Shown here one piece after another: positions 46,178-52,008 of a DNA stretch of 52,008 bases. This DNA comes from Nocardioidaceae bacterium (lineage in GTDB: Bacteria > Actinomycetota > Actinomycetes > Propionibacteriales > Nocardioidaceae): the NCBI GenBank assembly GCA_050699035.1, contig JBOHDE010000003.1:1-52008 (forward strand). The letters run 5' to 3'. Below the pieces are notes generated by a model. The model ran no database searches. It saw only the letters and a program-made list of their open reading frames with translations, and had not been told where the DNA came from. Position 1 is the stretch's first letter; each line of letters begins with the position of its first letter. The position numbers were made by a program, and so were the translations under genes.

Positions 46178-47853
46178 ATGACCGAGACAGACGTCGACTT
46201 CGTCATCGTGGGCGGTGGCTCGGCCGGCTGCGCCCTGGCGAACCGGCTCAGCGCCGACCCGGGCAACCGCGTGCTCGTGCTCGAAGCCGGCCGGTCCGAC
46301 TTCGTCTGGGACCCGTTCATCCACATGCCCGCCGCGCTGCCGATCCCGATCGGCAACCGGCTCTACGACTGGAAGTACGAGTCGGAGCCCGAGCCGCAGA
46401 TGGGCGGTCGCACGATCTACCACGCCCGCGGCAAGGTGCTCGGCGGTTCGAGCAGCATCAACGGGATGATCTTCCAGCGCGGCAACCCGCTGGACTACGA
46501 GCGGTGGGCCGCCGACCCGGGCATGGAGACGTGGAGCTACGCACACTGCCTGCCGTACTTCAAGCGGATGGAGACCTGCCTGGCCGGCGCCGACGCCTGG
46601 CGCGGGGCCAGTGGACCGCTGGTGCTCGAGCGCGGTCCGGCGACGAACCCGTTGTTCGGTGCGTTCTTCGAGGCCGCCAAGCAGGCCGGCTACCCGCTGA
46701 CCGACGACGTCAACGGCTACCGCCAGGAGGGCTTCGCGCCGTTCGACCGCAACGTGCACCGCGGCCGCCGGCTGAGTGCGGCGCGGGCCTACCTGCACCC
46801 GGTGATGGGCCGCAAGAACCTCACCGTCCGGACGCTCGCGATGACCACCAAGGTGCTGTTCGAGGGCACCCGCGCGGTGGGGGTCACCTACACCCGCGGC
46901 CGGCGTGAGCACACGGTCCGCGCGGGCGAGGTCATCCTCTGCGGCGGCGCCATCAACTCGCCGCAGCTGCTGCAGCTGTCCGGTGTCGGCAACGCGGACG
47001 ACCTGGCCGGCCTGGAGATCGACGTCGTCGCCGACGTACCCGGCGTCGGCGAGCATCTGCAGGACCACCTCGAGGTCTACATCCAGTACGCCTCCAAGCT
47101 GCCGGTGTCGATCGCGCCCGGGCTGAAGTGGCGCAACCGGCCACGGGTCGGCGCCGAGTGGCTGTTCCTCCGCAAGGGGCTCGGCGCCACCAACCACTTC
47201 GAGGGCGGCGGCTTCGTCCGCAGCAACGACGACGTCGACTACCCGAACCTGATGTTCCACTTCCTGCCGATCGCGATCCGCTATGACGGCACCGCGCCGA
47301 CCAAGGGGCACGGCTACCAGGTGCACATCGGGCCGATGTACTCCGACGCCCGTGGCACCGTCAAGATCACCTCGACCGACCCGCGCGACCACCCGGCGCT
47401 GCGCTTCAACTACCTCTCCACCGACCAGGACCGCCGGGAGTGGGTCGAGTCGGTCCGGGTCGCGCGCAGCATCCTCAACCAGCCCGCGTTCGAGCCGTTC
47501 AACGACGGCGAGCTGTCACCGGGGCCCCAGGTCGAGACCGACGAGCAGATCCTCGACTGGGTCGCCAAGGACGCGGAGACCGCACTGCACCCGTCCTGCA
47601 CGGCCCGGATGGGCACCGACGACCTGTCCGTGCTGGACCCCACCACCCTGCGCGTGCACGGCGTCGACGGCCTCCGGGTCGTGGACGCGTCGTCGATGCC
47701 GTACGTCACCAACGGCAACATCTACGCGCCGGTCATGATGCTGGCCGAGAAGTCGGCCGACCTCATCCTCGGCAACGCACCACTCGAGCCGTCCCATGCG
47801 CCGTACTACCGCTACCGCGACGGCAGCCCCCTCTATCCCACCGGAGGCAACCC

Positions 47854-47857
<4 letters not shown>
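46178..47857 (+). CDS. betA: choline dehydrogenase (GMC oxidoreductase)
   Basis: [19 protein letters not shown] ... [13 protein letters not shown] ... the HPSCTARMG region ... VVDASSMP. 559 aa. Confidence 0.9.
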
Positions 47858-48914
<1,057 letters not shown>

Positions 48915-48918
<4 letters not shown>

Positions 48919-50909
48919 CCGTCACCGGCGCCCGACCATCGACTCGGGCCGAGACCCCGCCACCCGAGCCGCCCCCGAAGCGGCGGCTCGGCCTGACCCT
49001 CGGCATCGTGGCCGTCGGCTGGATCGTGGGCTGGGCGATCTGGCGTGGCCAGGCGACGCTGGAGATCGGCGTCGCCGAGCTGACCGACGTGCACCGCTGG
49101 CTGCTCGAGCTGCGCGACGACTTCGACGCGGCCCGCACCAGCAACTTCGTGTTCCTGTACGTCATCGACCCGATCAGCTCGGCGCTCGACTGGGTCGTGA
49201 CGTTCCTGCAGGAGCTGGTCAGCCAGGCCGCCTTCCCGCGCCCGGTGCCGGAGATCGGCTGGCTCGGCGTGCTCGCGATCCTGACCTGGGTCGCGTACGC
49301 GCTGGCCGGCCTGCGGTCGGCACTGCTGGTCGCGGTCAGCCTGCTGCTGTTCGGGTTCTTCGGCTACTGGGCGGAGAGCCTCGACCTGCTGATCATCACC
49401 GCGGTGTCGGTCGGGATCTGCTGCCTGGTCGGTCTGCCGCTCGGCATCTGGATGGCCCGCAGCAAGGCGGCGACGAACGCCGTCACGCCGGTGCTCGACC
49501 TGATGCAGACCATGCCGTCGTTCGCCTACCTCACCCCGCTGGTCCTGGTGTTCGGTATCGGACCGGCCTCGGCGGTCGTCGTCACGCTGATCTACGCGTT
49601 GCCGCCGCTGGCCAGGATCACCGCGCACGGCATCCGCAGCGTGTCACCGACCACTATCGAGGCCAGCCGCTCGATGGGGGCGACCCGACGTCAGGTGCTC
49701 CGCAAGGTGCAGCTGCCGATGGCGAAGCGGACCATCGTGGTCGGCATCAACCAGTGCACGATGGCGGCGCTGTCGATGGCCACCATCGCGGCGCTGATCG
49801 ACGGCCCCGGCCTCGGCCAGCCGGTGATGCAGGCGCTGCAGAGCCTCGACATCGGCGGCGCGTTCGTCAGCGGCCTGGCGATCGTGATCATGGCGATCAT
49901 GCTCGACCGGACGACCACGGCCGCCAGCGAGCGGGCCGAGACGGCGGCTCGCGCAGGCGCCGACAACGCGCGGCGGCGTCGGCAGATCCTGGCCGGGTCC
50001 GCCGTCGTGGTGGCCGTCGCCGTCTACTTCTCCCGCACCTACCAGGTCCTGGCCGAGTTCCCGGGCAGCCCCGATCTCGGCACCCCGCTCGCCGACGGCG
50101 TGCGCAGTGCCACCGAGTGGGTGACCTCCACCATCGAGCCGGTCACCGAGGCGCTGAAGGACCTGGTCAGCTACGGGCTGCTCAACCCGCTGCAGGCGCT
50201 GATGGCCGACTCGCCCTGGTGGCTGATGGCGGCGGTGCTGCTGGCGGTGTCGTACCTGCTCGGCGGCTGGCGACCGCTGGTCAGCACCGCGGTCTGCCTG
50301 GCCGTGATCCTCGGCACCGGGCTGTGGAACGAGTCGATGAAGACGCTCACCACGACCGTCGTCGCCACCCTGCTGGTGATGCTGATCGCGGTCGTCATCG
50401 GCGTCTGGATGGGCCGCAACCGGCGGGCCGACGCGTTCGTACGCCCGTTCCTCGACGCGCTGCAGACGATCCCGCCGTTCGTCTACCTCGTACCCGCGCT
50501 CGCGTTGTTCGGCCCGACCCGGTTCACCGCGATCGTGGCGGCCATCGCGTATGCCACCCCCATCGCGACCAAGCTGATCGCCGACGGGATCCGGGGGGTC
50601 TCGCCGACGTCGGTGGAGGCGGCCCGGGCCTCGGGCACCACCGCGTGGCAGATGATCAGCAAGGTCCAGCTGCCGATGGCCAGGGCCGCTGTCGTGCTGG
50701 CCTCCAACCAGGGCCTGCTCTTCGTGCTGTCGATGGTGGTCATCGGCGGCCTGGTCGGCGGGGGCGGCCTCGGGTTCCTGGTGGTCACCGGCTTCTCGCA
50801 GGCCGAGGACTTCGGCAAGGGACTCGCCGCCGGGATCGCGATCACCGCGCTCGGAGTCATGCTCGACCGGATCACCCAGCACGCCGCCGCCCGTACCGGG
50901 CGCGCCTGA
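48915..50909 (+). CDS. fused tandem ABC permease (two OpuAB/ProW-like transmembrane domains in one 664-aa polypeptide)
   Basis: GTGA overlap with the ATPase gene. Two EAA-loop regions are present: [23 protein letters not shown] and [23 protein letters not shown]. Confidence 0.85.
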
Positions 50910-50923
50910 ATGAAGGAGACACA

Positions 50924-51898
50924 GTGACATACAAGACGACGAGAACTCTTCGCGTCGCAGCTATGACCGTGGTCGTCGGGCTCGGTCTCGCGGCCTGCGG
51001 CGGAGACATCGAGTCCGCCGGCGGCGGCGGCGGTGGTGACGGCGGCGGCGAGGAGTGCGGCCAGTTCGACATCGCCATCAACCCGTGGGTCGGCTACGAG
51101 GCATCGGCCCACGTGGTCGGCTACGTCGCGAAGTCCGAGCTCGGGTGCAACGTCGAGTACAAGAACCTCAAGGAGGAAGTTGCCTGGCAGGGCATGGGCA
51201 GCGACGAGGTCGACGTGGTGATCGAGAACTGGGGCCACCCGGACCTCAAGAAGAAGTACATCGAGGAGCAGAAGACGGCGCAGGAGGCCGGCTCCACCGG
51301 CAACATCGGCGTGATCGGCTGGTACGTGCCGCCGTGGATGGCCGAGAAGTACCCGGACATCACCGAGTGGGAGAACCTCAACAAGTACGCCGACATGTTC
51401 AAGACGTCGGAGTCCGGCAGCAAGGGCCAGCTGCTCGACGGCGACCCGTCCTTCGTCACCAACGACGAGGCCCTGGTGAAGAACCTCAAGCTCGACTACA
51501 AGGTCGTCTACGCCGGCAGCGAGGCGGCGCTGATCCAGGCGTTCCGGCAGGCGGAGAAGAACAAGGAGCCGCTGATCGGCTACTTCTACGACCCGCAGTG
51601 GTTCATGTCCGAGGTGCCGCTGGTGAAGATCAACCTCCCTCCGTACGAGGAGGGCTGCGACGCCGACCCGGAGAAGATCGCCTGCGACTACCCGGAGTAC
51701 GACCTCGACAAGATCGTCGCCACCGACTTCGCCGAGTCGGGCAGTCCTGCCTACGACCTGGTGAAGGCCTTCGAGTGGACCAACGAGGACCAGAACGTCG
51801 TCGCGTCTTACATCGCGCAGGACAAGATGGACCCGGAGGAAGCGGCCGAGAAGTGGGTCAAGGACAACCAGGACAAGGTCGACGCCTGGCTCGGCTGA
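50924..51898 (+). CDS. glycine betaine/choline-type ABC substrate-binding lipoprotein (OpuAC-like)
   Basis: GAAGGAG lies upstream of the GTG at 50924. Lipobox GLGLAAC plus a Gly-rich linker. NPWVGYEA ... ENWGHPD ... GWYVPPWM carries the aromatic residues typical of quaternary-amine binding pockets. Confidence 0.85.
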   Translation: MTYKTTRTLRVAAMTVVVGLGLAACGGDIESAGGGGGGDGGGEECGQFDIAINPWVGYEASAHVVGYVAKSELGCNVEYKNLKEEVAWQGMGSDEVDVVIENWGHPDLKKKYIEEQKTAQEAGSTGNIGVIGWYVPPWMAEKYPDITEWENLNKYADMFKTSESGSKGQLLDGDPSFVTNDEALVKNLKLDYKVVYAGSEAALIQAFRQAEKNKEPLIGYFYDPQWFMSEVPLVKINLPPYEEGCDADPEKIACDYPEYDLDKIVATDFAESGSPAYDLVKAFEWTNEDQNVVASYIAQDKMDPEEAAEKWVKDNQDKVDAWLG

Positions 51899-51927
51899 GA
51901 GCGACCTGACAGCCCTAGCAGCGGCGG

Positions 51928-51947
51928 CGGCCACCACCCGGTGGCCG
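51928..51947 (+). terminator. stem-loop after the betaine transporter operon
   Basis: CGGCCACC-ACCC-GGTGGCCG, an 8-bp stem about 30 nt after the stop, followed by GCTTGTT. Confidence 0.45.
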
Positions 51948-52008
51948 GCTTGTTCCAAGGCGGCACCGAGTACGGCGCCGACCCGGCCTGCCCCGATGAC
52001 ACCGACCT

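Noticed and set aside
51899-52008. The minus-strand reading VGVIGAGRVGAVLGAALEQAGHRVVAAAA at the right edge resembles the N-terminus of a Rossmann-fold (DUF2520/prephenate-dehydrogenase-like) protein.
   Set aside because: Continuing leftward, the frame runs antisense straight through the well-supported opuAC gene, so at most about 36 codons could be genuine. It could be a truncated remnant or chance Gly/Ala/Val-rich sequence. This cannot be resolved without sequence beyond the window.

Overview
This is a ~70% GC, gene-dense window that looks like an Actinomycetota chromosome. All homology calls come from reading the ORF translations and recognising motifs; no searches were run.

The backbone is conserved central and C1 metabolism: the sucD 3' end, purN-purH, folD, mdh and icd. 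This resembles the mycobacterial sucCD / perM / purNH neighbourhood. Several accessory modules are inserted into it.

(1) 217-4740: an ECF sigma/anti-sigma pair, kynureninase, and a sigma-like protein fused to a TM helix and a large ectodomain.

(2) 11.8-14.4 kb: a NarL-type two-component system.

(3) 14.47-17.33 kb: four translationally coupled genes with no housekeeping identity. They look like an orphan type VII (WXG/LXG-like) secreted membrane-toxin cassette with candidate chaperone and immunity genes. Its 3' side is bounded by a REP-like palindrome, and a second copy of that palindrome lies at 161-221.

(4) 20.7-30.4 kb: a galactose/galactoside block with mutarotase, galT, a secreted GH2-LamG enzyme and a YtfQRT/YjfF-like sugar ABC transporter.

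(5) 30.5-36 kb: an MTHFR-family gene, a secreted protein with atypical codon usage, an S9-type hydrolase, an SDR, a 167-bp MITE-like element, a DUF222-HNH (REP13E12-like) gene and a decayed gene fragment.

(6) 36.0-51.9 kb: the most coherent accessory system. A non-pyrrolysine MttB-family methyltransferase is divergent from an operon encoding IclR, a corrinoid protein, a methyl-THF:corrinoid methyltransferase, a RACo-type reductive activase and DUF1638. It is followed by purU, a second IclR, betB-betA and an OpuA-type betaine ABC transporter. Together this predicts cobalamin-dependent choline/glycine-betaine demethylation feeding THF-bound C1 oxidation.

No rRNA, tRNA, CRISPR array or riboswitch could be supported.
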